DNA from: an uncultured Maritalea sp.
Lineage (GTDB): Bacteria; Pseudomonadota; Alphaproteobacteria; Rhizobiales; Devosiaceae
Direction: 5' to 3'
Assembly: GCA_913055925.1 (NCBI GenBank)
Contig: CAJXLH010000001.1
Span: 1 to 35,105, forward strand
DNA length: 35,105 bases
Shown: in pieces, positions 19,767-29,253 of the stretch
Layout of the letters: every line of letters begins with the position of its first letter
How positions within the stretch are numbered: the stretch's first letter is position 1
The notes under the pieces: generated by a model
Database searches by the model: none
What the model saw: the letters and a program-made list of their open reading frames with translations, nothing else
What the model was told of the DNA's origin: nothing
Made by a program: the position numbers and the translations under genes

Positions 19767-21241
19767 GCCAACACCTCCAAGGTGCCCGCTTGGTGCAATT
19801 CATCTAAGCTCACGGCATTTTCGTCAGCATGTTCAAAATAGAACCGTTCAAGCAAGTTTTGCGCGACCTCTAATCGATAAGGCGCTGAGGCGCGCCAGTC
19901 TGTCAGGGGCGTGTAATCTTTTTCAAAGAAGGCTTTTGCGTCGACAATGGTGCGCTCTGACCACGGGGCTCCCACAAGCACTTTTTCAACTTCGGTGGCC
20001 CGTTTTGGCGTCCCCGCCATGCCGCCGAACGCAATCACGGCGTTTGATATGCGGCCATCATCAACTTGAATGTTAAACGCGGCGCAAACAGCGGAAATGT
20101 CTTCATCGCGACGTTTTGAGATTTTATACGCAGCGAACAGATCGGCCTCTTTAGGCAACGGCACGATGATTTCTTCGACCAGTTCGCCCGGTGCACGATC
20201 TTGTTTGCCATATTCGATGAAGAATTTTTCCAGTGATAGTTCGCGACGCTCATCACCTTTTCGCAAGACAATTTTTGCCCCCAAAGCGATGAGCGGCGGC
20301 GGCGTATCGCCAATTGGTGAGCCATTGGCAATATTGCCGCCAATTGTGCCCATATTGCGCACTTGTTCGCCACCAATACGGCGCCAGAACCGCGAAAGCT
20401 GTGGCACATGTTCGTCAATGACGGGCAGCAGTTCGGTGTAGCTTGCACCACCTTTTATGCGCAAATTATCACCGTCGATTTCAACTGCACGGAAATCATT
20501 GAGACGGTTGGTGAAGATCGCCGGTGAAATCTCTCGCATGAATTTTGTGACCCACAATCCAACGTCCGTAGAGCCTGCCACAATGGTCGCATCTGGATGC
20601 GGCGCATAAATCTCAGCAAACTGGTCAGTGTTGGCGGGCGCAAAAATGTCATCGCCTAGTTTCACCAGCGCATCGTCAGCAATTGCCTCGAGTTTTTCAA
20701 TAATGCTGGCGCGTTCTGCCACTAAAAAATCATCCTCAAGCTTGCCATGTTCGGAGACTGAAAGCGCGGCTTTGATGATCGGCTGATAGCCGGTGCAACG
20801 ACAGAGATTGCCTTGAAGATTTTGCTCAATCGTTGCGACATCTGGCTCTGGTTCGGCCATCCACATGGCATAAAGCGACATCACAAACCCAGGCGTACAG
20901 AATCCGCATTGTGAGCCGTGATGCTCAACCATGGCCTGCTGCACAGGGTGCAGTTCGCCGACTTTGCCTTTCAAATGCTCAATGGTGACCACATGGGTGC
21001 CATCCAGCGAGCCGACGAAACGAATACAAGAGTTGACGCTTTCATAGATGAGGCCGTCGCCACCCAAGCGCCCAACCAGAACAGTACACGCGCCGCAATC
21101 GCCCTCTGCGCAACCTTCTTTGGTCCCACGAAGAGTGCGCGCAAGGCGCAAATAATCAAGCAATGTGAGGTCTGCCTTTACGTCGCCAAGCTCGATCAAT
21201 TCATCATTGAGCCAAAAGCGGATGCAATCACGCGTTTTCAA
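19763..21241 (-). CDS. xdhA: Xanthine dehydrogenase small subunit (2Fe-2S and FAD)
   Basis: GTKEGCAEGDCGAC, QCGFCTPG, GNLCRCTGY, AGSTDVGLW, YKISKR; TTG start. Confidence 0.96.
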   Translation of the reverse strand: MKTRDCIRFWLNDELIELGDVKADLTLLDYLRLARTLRGTKEGCAEGDCGACTVLVGRLGGDGLIYESVNSCIRFVGSLDGTHVVTIEHLKGKVGELHPVQQAMVEHHGSQCGFCTPGFVMSLYAMWMAEPEPDVATIEQNLQGNLCRCTGYQPIIKAALSVSEHGKLEDDFLVAERASIIEKLEAIADDALVKLGDDIFAPANTDQFAEIYAPHPDATIVAGSTDVGLWVTKFMREISPAIFTNRLNDFRAVEIDGDNLRIKGGASYTELLPVIDEHVPQLSRFWRRIGGEQVRNMGTIGGNIANGSPIGDTPPPLIALGAKIVLRKGDERRELSLEKFFIEYGKQDRAPGELVEEIIVPLPKEADLFAAYKISKRRDEDISAVCAAFNIQVDDGRISNAVIAFGGMAGTPKRATEVEKVLVGAPWSERTIVDAKAFFEKDYTPLTDWRASAPYRLEVAQNLLERFYFEHADENAVSLDELHQAGTLEVLA

Positions 21242-21243
21242 AT

Positions 21244-21603
21244 CTAGCTCCCGCGATAGGTTGAGTAGCCGTAAGGCGAAACCAACAATGGCACGTGATA
21301 GTGGGCGCTATCATCGGCGACGACAAATTGTATGGGGATCACATCAAGAAACTGGCCATTTTCGAGCGAAACATTTTGGGTTTCAAAATAGTCGGCAACA
21401 AAGAACCGCAATTCATATCGACCAATGTTTAGCCTTCCATCTGAAAGAAGCGGGGCATCACAGCGTCCATCTGAGTTGGTCACAACGGTGGCCAATGGCG
21501 TTTGCGCATCGCTTTCCAAATCATAAAGCTCGATTACCATGCCCGAAGCCGGACAGCCTCGCGCTTGGTCCAAGACGTGCGTTGTTAATTTTCCGCTGGC
21601 CAT
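21244..21603 (-). CDS. uraH: 5-hydroxyisourate hydrolase (transthyretin-like)
   Basis: LTTHVLD, TNSDGR, HYHVPLL, C-terminal YRGS; alternative GTG start at 21615. Confidence 0.95.
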   Translation of the reverse strand: MASGKLTTHVLDQARGCPASGMVIELYDLESDAQTPLATVVTNSDGRCDAPLLSDGRLNIGRYELRFFVADYFETQNVSLENGQFLDVIPIQFVVADDSAHYHVPLLVSPYGYSTYRGS

Positions 21604-21669
21604 TTTCTCGGTCACCCTCCCCCAAATTCTTTTCTTTGTCCTTCAAATTACAGGCAAAAGTCAAGATTT

Positions 21670-21685
21670 TTTAACAAATGGTCAA
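21670..21685. promoter_or_regulatory. RutR-type operator in the divergent uraH/puuE promoter region
   Basis: TTTAACAAATGGTCAA (reverse complement TTGACCATTTGTTAAA). Confidence 0.65.
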
Positions 21686-21816
21686 AAATTTACTTTTGAT
21701 ATAAGCTGCCTAAAATTGGATGTGCATGATTGACCAAATCGAGCACCCGCATCATCTTAAATAAGGATAAGTGATTTGGCGATTTTGCGCCAATCCGAAC
21801 GATAACGGGCAGCAAC

Positions 21817-23244
21817 GTGACAAAATCTGAACGCTATGACAGGGACTTAATTGGCTACGGCCCAAAGCCGCCGAAAGCCAATTGGCCGAATAATGCCAAG
21901 ATCGCTGTGCAATTTGTGTTGAATTATGAAGAAGGCGGCGAGAATTGTCTGCTTCATGGCGATCAAGCTTCCGAGGCCTTTCTGTCTGAAATTGTGGGCG
22001 CGCAACAATGGCCGGGTCAGCGCCATTGGAACATGGAATCGATTTACGAATATGGTGCCCGTTCTGGGTTTTGGCGTTTGCACAAGCTGTTCACCAATAG
22101 CGATGTCCCTCTCACCGTTTATGGCGTCGCCACCGCGTTGGCGCGTTCCCCCGAACAGGTCGCTGCCATGAAGGACGCTAACTGGGAAATCGCGTCACAT
22201 GGCTTGAAGTGGATTGAGTATAAAGACTTCACTTGGGCCGACGAAGAAGCCCATATGCGCGAAGCAATTCAGCTTCATTACGAGGTGACAGGCGACTATC
22301 CAAAAGGCTGGTACACAGGCCGTTGTTCGAGCAACACTGTCGAGATGGCCACCCAGATCGGCGACTTCGCCTATGTCTCTGATAGCTATGCCGATGATCT
22401 GCCCTATTGGTATGATGCAGGGGATAAGCAGCAGCTGATCATCCCATACACGCTTGATACCAACGATATGCGCTTTGCTGCTTTCCAAGGGTTCAATTCG
22501 GGCGACCAATTCTTTTGCTATCTCAAAGACGCGTTCGACAGCCTTTACGCTGAGGGCGCAGCAGGTGAACCGAAGATGCTCAATATCGGTTTGCACTGCC
22601 GACTTGTAGGACGACCCGGGCGCATTGCTTCGCTTAAACGCTTTATTGATTACGTCAAAAGCCACGATGATGTGTGGATCGCCAAGCGTATCGAAATCGC
22701 GGAACATTGGACGAAGGAACATCCGTTTGAACGTATGACAGATCGCCCGTCAACGCTTACCAAGCCGCAATTTGTCGAAATATTTGGCGGTATCTTTGAG
22801 CACTCTCCGTGGATTGCCGAACGCGCCTATGAACGCGAGATGGGCCCCGCGCATGATAGTGCCATTGGCGTACATTCTTTATTGGCGGCGGAGTTCCGCA
22901 AAGCCAGCGACGAGGAACGCTTAGGGGTCTTGCGCGCACACCCTGACCTCGCGGGCAAACTGGCGGCTGCAAAGCGCCTCACCGCAGAGTCAACTGAAGA
23001 GCAAGCGTCGGCGGGCCTTGACGCGCTGACTGATGACGAACGCGAAAAATTCGCTTCGCTTAATGAGGCCTACACCCAAAAGCACGGTTTTCCCTTCATT
23101 ATTGCAGTGAAGGACCACACCAAGACGCAAATCATTGCCCAATTTGAAACGCGCATTCACAATGATAGTGCCACCGAGATGGCGACAGCCTGCAAGCAGG
23201 TGGAGCGGATTGCGGAACTTCGGCTAAAGGACATGTTTAAATGA
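21817..23244 (+). CDS. puuE: Allantoinase PuuE fused to C-terminal OHCU decarboxylase (UraD)
   Basis: AVQFVLNYEEGGEN, ESIYEYGAR, HGLKW, GWYTGR; C-terminal FEHSPW, LRAHPDLAG, GFPFIIAV. Confidence 0.94.
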   Translation: MTKSERYDRDLIGYGPKPPKANWPNNAKIAVQFVLNYEEGGENCLLHGDQASEAFLSEIVGAQQWPGQRHWNMESIYEYGARSGFWRLHKLFTNSDVPLTVYGVATALARSPEQVAAMKDANWEIASHGLKWIEYKDFTWADEEAHMREAIQLHYEVTGDYPKGWYTGRCSSNTVEMATQIGDFAYVSDSYADDLPYWYDAGDKQQLIIPYTLDTNDMRFAAFQGFNSGDQFFCYLKDAFDSLYAEGAAGEPKMLNIGLHCRLVGRPGRIASLKRFIDYVKSHDDVWIAKRIEIAEHWTKEHPFERMTDRPSTLTKPQFVEIFGGIFEHSPWIAERAYEREMGPAHDSAIGVHSLLAAEFRKASDEERLGVLRAHPDLAGKLAAAKRLTAESTEEQASAGLDALTDDEREKFASLNEAYTQKHGFPFIIAVKDHTKTQIIAQFETRIHNDSATEMATACKQVERIAELRLKDMFK

Positions 23245-24071
23245 CCGATCAGACTTATTTCTCGCCGAAAGGTGGCTTGCCGCCACAAAGCCAGCTGATG
23301 ACCGGCCGCGCCATTTTTACTGACGCCTATGCCGTGATCCCCAAAGGTGTGATGAGTGATATCGTCACCTCATATTTGCCGCATTGGAACAATACACGCG
23401 CTTGGATTATTGCGCGGCCCTTATCCGGTTTTGCCGAGACATTTTCGCAATATATTGTCGAGATTGCACCAGAAGGTGGTTCAGATCGCCCCGAGCCGGA
23501 CGCAGGTGCCCAAGCGGTTTTGTTTGTGGTCAGCGGTGAAATCAGCGTGACCATTGATGGTACAGCCCACAATATGGGTGTAGGTGGCTACGCCTATATT
23601 CCACCCGGTGTTGCATGGACTGTTCACAACAATGGCGGCACGCCAGCGACATTCCATTGGATTAGAAAGCGCTACGAAGCGGTTGACGGGATTGAGATAC
23701 CAAACGCCTTTGTCACCAACGAACGCGACATCGCTCCAATACCAATGCCGGACACAAATGAGGCTTGGGCCACAACACGTTTTGTTGCGCCAGATGACAT
23801 GCGCCACGACATGCATGTGAACATTGTCACCTTTGAGCCAGGCGGCGTGATTCCTTTTGAAGAGACCCATGTGATGGAACATGGCCTTTATGTGCTGGAA
23901 GGTAAGGCGGTCTACAAACTCAATTCTGATTGGGTGGAAGTTGAAGCAGGCGACTTTATGTGGTTGCGTGCCTTCTGCCCGCAGGCTTGTTATGCAGGCG
24001 GACCGGGCAAGTTCCGTTACCTTTTATATAAAGACGTCAATCGCCACCCTTCGCTTTCGGTCAAAGGCTAG
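23241..24071 (+). CDS. allE: Bicupin (S)-ureidoglycine aminohydrolase family protein (AllE/YlbA-like; possibly acts on allantoate)
   Basis: RPLSGFAETFSQY, DMHVNIVTFEPG, ETHVMEHGLYVLEG, WLRAFCPQACYAGG, YLLYKDVNRH. Confidence 0.9.
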   Translation: MTDQTYFSPKGGLPPQSQLMTGRAIFTDAYAVIPKGVMSDIVTSYLPHWNNTRAWIIARPLSGFAETFSQYIVEIAPEGGSDRPEPDAGAQAVLFVVSGEISVTIDGTAHNMGVGGYAYIPPGVAWTVHNNGGTPATFHWIRKRYEAVDGIEIPNAFVTNERDIAPIPMPDTNEAWATTRFVAPDDMRHDMHVNIVTFEPGGVIPFEETHVMEHGLYVLEGKAVYKLNSDWVEVEAGDFMWLRAFCPQACYAGGPGKFRYLLYKDVNRHPSLSVKG

Positions 24072-24075
24072 AGCG

Positions 24076-24570
24076 ATGGAACAGATCAACATTCAGCCGC
24101 TGACCGAAGAAGCGTTCGCGCCTTTTGGCGAAGTTATTGATCTCAACAAGGCGGAGAACTTTCCGATCAATAATGGCATGTGCACACGCTTTAACGATCT
24201 TGCGACCGTGGAACTTGGCGGCGAAAAGCCCAGACCGCTCGTCAATGTGTTTCGCGGTAAGCCTTATGATTTGCCACTTCATCTGAAAATGGTGGAGCGG
24301 CACCCGCTTGGGTCACAAGCTTTCATCCCGATGAACAAGCGCCCGTTTTTGGTGATCGTATCTGAGGACCGGGACAACATCCCGCAAACGCCAGTGGCAT
24401 TTCTCACCAAGCCGGGACAAGGCATCAATATTGGTCAGAACATCTGGCACGGCGTGCTCACAACACTTGGCGAAGTAAGCGATTTTGTGGTGGTCGACCG
24501 TGGCGGGCCGGGCAACAATCTGGAAGAGTTCTTTTTTGACGAAGGTTTTGTCGTCAATTTTGCGGATTAG
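24076..24570 (+). CDS. allA: Ureidoglycolate lyase
   Basis: ATG at 24076; PLTEEAFAPFGEVI, INNG, ERHPLGSQAFIP, WHGVL, FVVVDRGG. Confidence 0.93.
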   Translation: MEQINIQPLTEEAFAPFGEVIDLNKAENFPINNGMCTRFNDLATVELGGEKPRPLVNVFRGKPYDLPLHLKMVERHPLGSQAFIPMNKRPFLVIVSEDRDNIPQTPVAFLTKPGQGINIGQNIWHGVLTTLGEVSDFVVVDRGGPGNNLEEFFFDEGFVVNFAD

Positions 24571-25013
24571 CGCCGGTCCAACTTGCGGCCAAGCACCAAT
24601 GAGCTTTGGGTGCGCCGCACCCCTGGGATCAATGCGATTTCGTCGATGATTTCATCGATGTCTTCAAGCTGCGGCGCTTCTACTGCAACAAGCAGGTCAA
24701 ATTCGCCGCTGATGGCGAGAGCTTGTTTTACTTCCGGGAAACTCGCCAGCTTGTCATTTATCTGGCGATTTTGTTGCTGCAGCACTTCAATCAGCACATA
24801 GGCTTCCACCATTTGCTGTCCCGGCTCTTCTGCCAGCTTCACGGTATAGCCGGTGATATAGCCGATTTTTTCGAGCCGCTGTATGCGCTCGTGAACCGTG
24901 GTGCGCGCTATACCGAGCTTTTTTGCGATATCGCTCGTCTTGGCGCGGGCGTTCGACTTGAGGATCGCCACCAGCTCCCGGTCAAAATCATCACGCAATG
25001 GTTTTTGTGCCAC
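24567..25013 (-). CDS. Lrp/AsnC-family regulator divergent from the lysine dehydrogenase-like gene
   Basis: GTG at 25013 after GGGGAGG; DDFDRELVAILKSNAR...LGIARTTVHERIQRLEKIGYITGY. Confidence 0.9.
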   Translation of the reverse strand: MAQKPLRDDFDRELVAILKSNARAKTSDIAKKLGIARTTVHERIQRLEKIGYITGYTVKLAEEPGQQMVEAYVLIEVLQQQNRQINDKLASFPEVKQALAISGEFDLLVAVEAPQLEDIDEIIDEIALIPGVRRTQSSLVLGRKLDRR

Positions 25014-25043
25014 ATTCGCCTCCCCGCGAAAACGACTATTATC

Positions 25044-25196
25044 CGTCATTTTGTCGCCACCAACCTTTCCATGTTTCACTGATTTATCAATCATTTTCTT
25101 TTCGAGTTTCGTCATTTTGTCGGGATATCTGACCATGGGCCGACACTATCACGGAAAACCGACAGTTCACTCCCTATGTTCTGACATGTCCGTCAG
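25044..25196. promoter_or_regulatory. Array of putative Lrp-family binding sites
   Basis: CGTCATTTTGTCG exactly repeated at 25044 and 25110; inverted variant CGACACTATCACG at 25141; CTGAC-N6-GTCAG at 25181. Confidence 0.65.
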
Positions 25197-25238
25197 GCAC
25201 AATTTTGTTCAATGACCAAATTCAACATGAGGGACGAT

Positions 25239-26354
25239 ATGAATTGGGATGTTTTGATTGTAGGTGCGGGCAAAATTGGTCGCATGGTTGGCGTAATTTT
25301 GAGCGAAGCGGCAGAATTTGATGTCACGATTGCGGATGCCAACCAAAATATGCTCGACCAAGTTTCAGCGCTTGGCTTGAAGACCATCAAAGTTGATGTG
25401 TCCAACGAAACCGAACTGTTTGCCGCCCTTGATGGCAAGAACGCTGTTTTGAGCGCCGCGCCATATTTCCTAACACCTGCCATCGCATCGGCTGCAAAGA
25501 AGGCCGGCACGCACTATTTCGACCTCACTGAAGATGTAAAATCGACAAAATTCGTGATGGATCTGGCCAAAGACGCCGACAGCGCGTTCATGCCACAATG
25601 CGGACTTGCCCCCGGTTTCGTCGGTATTGCGGGTTATCATTTGGCCAAGCAATTTGACAGTATTGAAGACCTTTCGATGCGCGTTGGCGCCCTGCCGCGC
25701 TACCCAACAAACGCGCTGAAATACAACCTCACTTGGTCAACTGAAGGCTTGGTCAATGAGTATTGTAACCCTTGTGAAGCCTTGGTGGATGGCGAGTTGA
25801 AGGAAGTCGCGCCGCTAGAGAACCTTGAGAATTTCACCCTAGACGGTGTTGATCTTGAAGCCTTCAACACATCGGGCGGCTTAGGCACGCTTTGCGACAC
25901 GCTCGCAGGTCGCGCGCAAAATGTTTCGTACCGTTCTATCCGCTATCCGGGCCACCGTGATATATTGAATATCTTGCTCAACGATTTGAAGCTGAATAAG
26001 CGCCAAGATTTGATGTGCGAGATTTTTGAAAATGGCCTACCTCGCACGCGCCAAGACCAAGTGACCGTCTTCTGCACAGCGACCGGCATGATTGATGGAC
26101 AGTTTGAAGAGCGTTCATTTGTGAATGTTTCTCACGCGATGGAAGTTGCGGGTCGTGATTGGAGTGCGATCCAAATCACAACTGCGGCGGGCGTAACTGC
26201 AGCGATGGACTTGATGCGCCAAGGCAAACTGCCGCAAAGCGGCTTTGTACGTCAGGAACAAATCAATCTCGATGAGTTTTTGGACAATCGGTTTGGTGCG
26301 CTTTATTTGGGCACACCGCTCGATACCAGCAAGAAGCCAGCAATCGCGGCGTAA
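25239..26354 (+). CDS. Saccharopine dehydrogenase family protein, probably L-lysine 6-dehydrogenase
   Basis: ATG at 25239; Rossmann GAGKIG, HYFDLTED, PQCGLAPG, YNLTWSTEGLVNEY, EAFNTSGGLG, IRYPGH; substrate inferred from family and context. Confidence 0.8.
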   Translation: MNWDVLIVGAGKIGRMVGVILSEAAEFDVTIADANQNMLDQVSALGLKTIKVDVSNETELFAALDGKNAVLSAAPYFLTPAIASAAKKAGTHYFDLTEDVKSTKFVMDLAKDADSAFMPQCGLAPGFVGIAGYHLAKQFDSIEDLSMRVGALPRYPTNALKYNLTWSTEGLVNEYCNPCEALVDGELKEVAPLENLENFTLDGVDLEAFNTSGGLGTLCDTLAGRAQNVSYRSIRYPGHRDILNILLNDLKLNKRQDLMCEIFENGLPRTRQDQVTVFCTATGMIDGQFEERSFVNVSHAMEVAGRDWSAIQITTAAGVTAAMDLMRQGKLPQSGFVRQEQINLDEFLDNRFGALYLGTPLDTSKKPAIAA

Positions 26355-26742
26355 CTTTTCATTTCGCGCAATCGATATATACAGATTGCGCATTGAATGG
26401 TGAATTTTGATCACTTTTATGAGTTTTCTTTCAATTCACCTTTCGACATAATCACATTCTTCGATGTCAGCCACGGCTGGCATCGGTGGCGACAAGCCAA
26501 AATGTCCGTTGAGGAGCGGGCGCACTCGATTGAAGTGCAAATGGAGGAGATAAGCAGACCCAAACAATTGTTGCACGATGGCGAACATATTCGTTTGCTT
26601 GCGCTTCGATGGGTTCTGTGTCAAATCCTTCGCGAAAAATGTTGGGGGAGGCCGCACAATTGGGCCAACCAATGATGCAAATGGATTGCATCGGGTTTGG
26701 AATTGTGCCTACTCTTTTGACCGAAGAGTAAAGAAAGTAAAT

Positions 26743-27522
26743 ATGTCGGACACAACCGCACCGGTCATCGAGATTCGCAACCTTCATAAAAGCTATGGCG
26801 CACTTGAGGTTCTCAAGGGCGTTGATCTTGTTGCCAACAAGGGTGACGTGGTGAGCCTAATCGGGTCATCTGGTTCGGGCAAATCAACCCTTTTGCGATG
26901 CGCGAACCTTTTGGAAGACAGCCAAGAAGGTGAGATTTTGTTTGATGGCGCGCCAGTGAAATGGCGCGGTGCAGGCCTTGATCGCCACCCCGCCGACAAA
27001 GACCAAATCATCGCTATTCGCACCAATCTTTCCATGGTGTTCCAGCAGTTCAACCTTTGGGCGCACATGACGATTTTGCAAAATGTCATGGAAGCGCCGG
27101 TGACAGTGCTTAAGCAAGACCCTGAAGAGGTCGAGGAACGCGCGCGAATGCTTTTGGACAAGGTCGGCATTGGTGATAAATGCGACGTATATCCCGCGCA
27201 ACTTTCGGGTGGGCAGCAACAGCGTGCCGCCATTGCGCGCGCGCTGGCCATGGAACCGCAAGCGTTGCTTTTTGACGAGCCGACATCTGCGCTCGATCCA
27301 GAACTTGAACAAGAAGTGGTGAAGGTCATCAAGGACCTCGCCAAAGAGGGACGCACCATGCTTTTGGTGACCCACGACATGAAATTGGCAGCCGATGTTT
27401 CTGATTTGGTGGTGTTCTTGCACCAGGGTAAATTAGAGGAACAAGGTCCGCCGAAAGAGCTGTTTGGCAATCCTAAATCTGAGCGGCTCAAGCAATTCCT
27501 AAGCGCTGGCTCTGGCGAGTAA
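26743..27522 (+). CDS. Polar amino-acid ABC transporter ATP-binding protein (HisP-like)
   Basis: ATG at 26743; GSSGSGKST, MVFQQFNLW, LSGGQQQR, FDEPTSALDPE. Confidence 0.93.
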   Translation: MSDTTAPVIEIRNLHKSYGALEVLKGVDLVANKGDVVSLIGSSGSGKSTLLRCANLLEDSQEGEILFDGAPVKWRGAGLDRHPADKDQIIAIRTNLSMVFQQFNLWAHMTILQNVMEAPVTVLKQDPEEVEERARMLLDKVGIGDKCDVYPAQLSGGQQQRAAIARALAMEPQALLFDEPTSALDPELEQEVVKVIKDLAKEGRTMLLVTHDMKLAADVSDLVVFLHQGKLEEQGPPKELFGNPKSERLKQFLSAGSGE

Positions 27523-27576
27523 AATCGGCAGAGGGCTTGGGCAAATAAAACTGAAAATCTTTCAAGGGAGACTACA

Positions 27577-28302
27577 ATGAAAAAATTGATGCTTTCAGTC
27601 GCTGCGTTGGCGATGAGCACAACATTCGCGATGTCAGCAGACGTCGTGCGTATGGGTACAGAGGGCGCATACCCTCCATATAACTTCGTAAACGACGCTG
27701 GTGAAGTTGACGGTTTTGAGCGTGAGCTTGGTGACGAGCTTTGTAAACGCGCGAACCTGACTTGTGAGTGGGTTGTAAACGACTGGGATTCAATCATTCC
27801 AAACCTCGTTTCTGGCAACTACGACACAATTATCGCGGGCATGTCTATTACTGACGAGCGCGACGAAGTGATTGACTTCACACAAAACTACACACCTCCA
27901 TCACCTTCGATTTACGTTGCTGCTTCTGCAGACGTTGATGTGACTTCAGGTGTAATTGCTGCGCAAACATCAACAATTCAATCAGGCTACGTTGCCAACT
28001 CAGGCGCGACATTGGTTGAATTTGCAACTCCAGACGAAACTTTGGCTGCTGTGAAAAATGGCGAAGCTGATGCGGTTTTGGCTGACGTTGATTTCTTGCG
28101 TCCTGTAGCTGATGAGTCAAACGGCGAACTTGTTGTTGTTGGCGAGCCAGTATTCTTGGGCGGTGGCGTAGGCATGGGCGTTCGTGAGAGCGACGGCGAG
28201 CTACGCGAAAAGTTTGATGCAGCGATCCAGTCTATGAAAGACGATGGCACATTGAACACAATGATCACTAAGTGGTTCGGTGAAGACGCTTACACATTCT
28301 AA
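27577..28302 (+). CDS. Polar amino-acid ABC transporter substrate-binding protein (family 3, Lys/Arg/Orn-like)
   Basis: Signal peptide; GTEGAYPPYN, WDSIIPNL, AGMSITDER. Confidence 0.92.
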   Translation: MKKLMLSVAALAMSTTFAMSADVVRMGTEGAYPPYNFVNDAGEVDGFERELGDELCKRANLTCEWVVNDWDSIIPNLVSGNYDTIIAGMSITDERDEVIDFTQNYTPPSPSIYVAASADVDVTSGVIAAQTSTIQSGYVANSGATLVEFATPDETLAAVKNGEADAVLADVDFLRPVADESNGELVVVGEPVFLGGGVGMGVRESDGELREKFDAAIQSMKDDGTLNTMITKWFGEDAYTF

Positions 28303-28321
28303 GCGATTGAACTGATTATGG

Positions 28322-28354
28322 ATTGGGGCGCACAAAGTTGCGCCCCGATTTTTT
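28322..28354 (+). terminator. Terminator-like or stabilising hairpin after the substrate-binding protein gene
   Basis: ATTGGGGCGCA-CAAAGT-TGCGCCCCGAT-TTTTT. Confidence 0.8.
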
Positions 28355-28371
28355 AAATAAAGCGAATTTGC

Positions 28372-29253
28372 ATGTTTTCCTACTGCGCAGAACCCAAAAC
28401 GCTTGAAGGTATTCAATGGCTGACTTGCTATTTGACTACTGGAAAGCATATGGCTTTTTATTCGTCCTTCGGCACCGTGATGCTGTTGCTGGCGATTACC
28501 GCGCCCGTTGCCCTTTTGTTTGGCTTCGGCGGCGCTACTGCAGCACGTTCGACCGTTGCGCCTTTGCGCTGGTTTGGTAAGGGCTATACCGCGATTGTGC
28601 GCGGCATTCCTGACATTGCATTTTTCCTTTTCTTTGTTATCGCCTTAGATCAGGCATTTGAGTATTTGCGCCACAAGGTGCTTTGCCCGGATTGGACGGA
28701 ACCTGTCCGCCAAGGCAATGACTTTGTCGTGTGTGCTGCGGCGAAATTGCCGCTTTCCTCGTCCCCACAATGGGTGCACGAAACCTATGGTTTTTCGATC
28801 GCTGTTCTTACCTTCGCGATTGTTTTTGGCGCTTTTGCAGCCAACGTTTTGTATGGCGGCATGCGCGCGGTTCCGCGCGGCCAGTTAGAAACAGCTGAAG
28901 CCTATGGCATGTCCCGACGCCAAACATTTTGGCGCATTCTTGTCCCGCAAATGTGGGTCTACGCTCTACCCGGTCTCTCGAACCTTTGGATGATTTTGAT
29001 TAAAGCGACGCCGCTTTTATTCCTTCTGGGGGTTGAAGACATCGTTTATTGGGCGCGCGAGTTGGGCGGGTCTAAAACCCAAGTTTTCTCCTATCCGCAC
29101 CCGGATTGGCGGCTTTACTATTTCCTTGGGCTCCTTGTGTTTTATCTCGCTTTGACGAAGGTCAGCGAAATTGTGCTCGAAAAGCTCATGGCACGTCTCA
29201 ACAAGGGCCAAGCCACGATTGGTGGTGAAAAACAAAGAAAGGCAGCAGCATGA
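28372..29253 (+). CDS. Polar amino-acid ABC transporter permease
   Basis: YTAIVRGIPD, EAA loop GQLETAEAYGMS, LIKAT. Confidence 0.92.
   Translation: MFSYCAEPKTLEGIQWLTCYLTTGKHMAFYSSFGTVMLLLAITAPVALLFGFGGATAARSTVAPLRWFGKGYTAIVRGIPDIAFFLFFVIALDQAFEYLRHKVLCPDWTEPVRQGNDFVVCAAAKLPLSSSPQWVHETYGFSIAVLTFAIVFGAFAANVLYGGMRAVPRGQLETAEAYGMSRRQTFWRILVPQMWVYALPGLSNLWMILIKATPLLFLLGVEDIVYWARELGGSKTQVFSYPHPDWRLYYFLGLLVFYLALTKVSEIVLEKLMARLNKGQATIGGEKQRKAAA

Noticed and set aside
26397-26675. 92-aa ORF between the dehydrogenase and the ABC ATPase
   Set aside because: No RBS or recognisable family; the region is better explained as regulatory, although a small protein cannot be excluded.
26793-27818. 341-aa antisense ORF over the ABC ATPase and binding-protein genes
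   Set aside because: Ser-rich shadow frame typical of the strand opposite conserved, codon-biased genes; no domain motifs.
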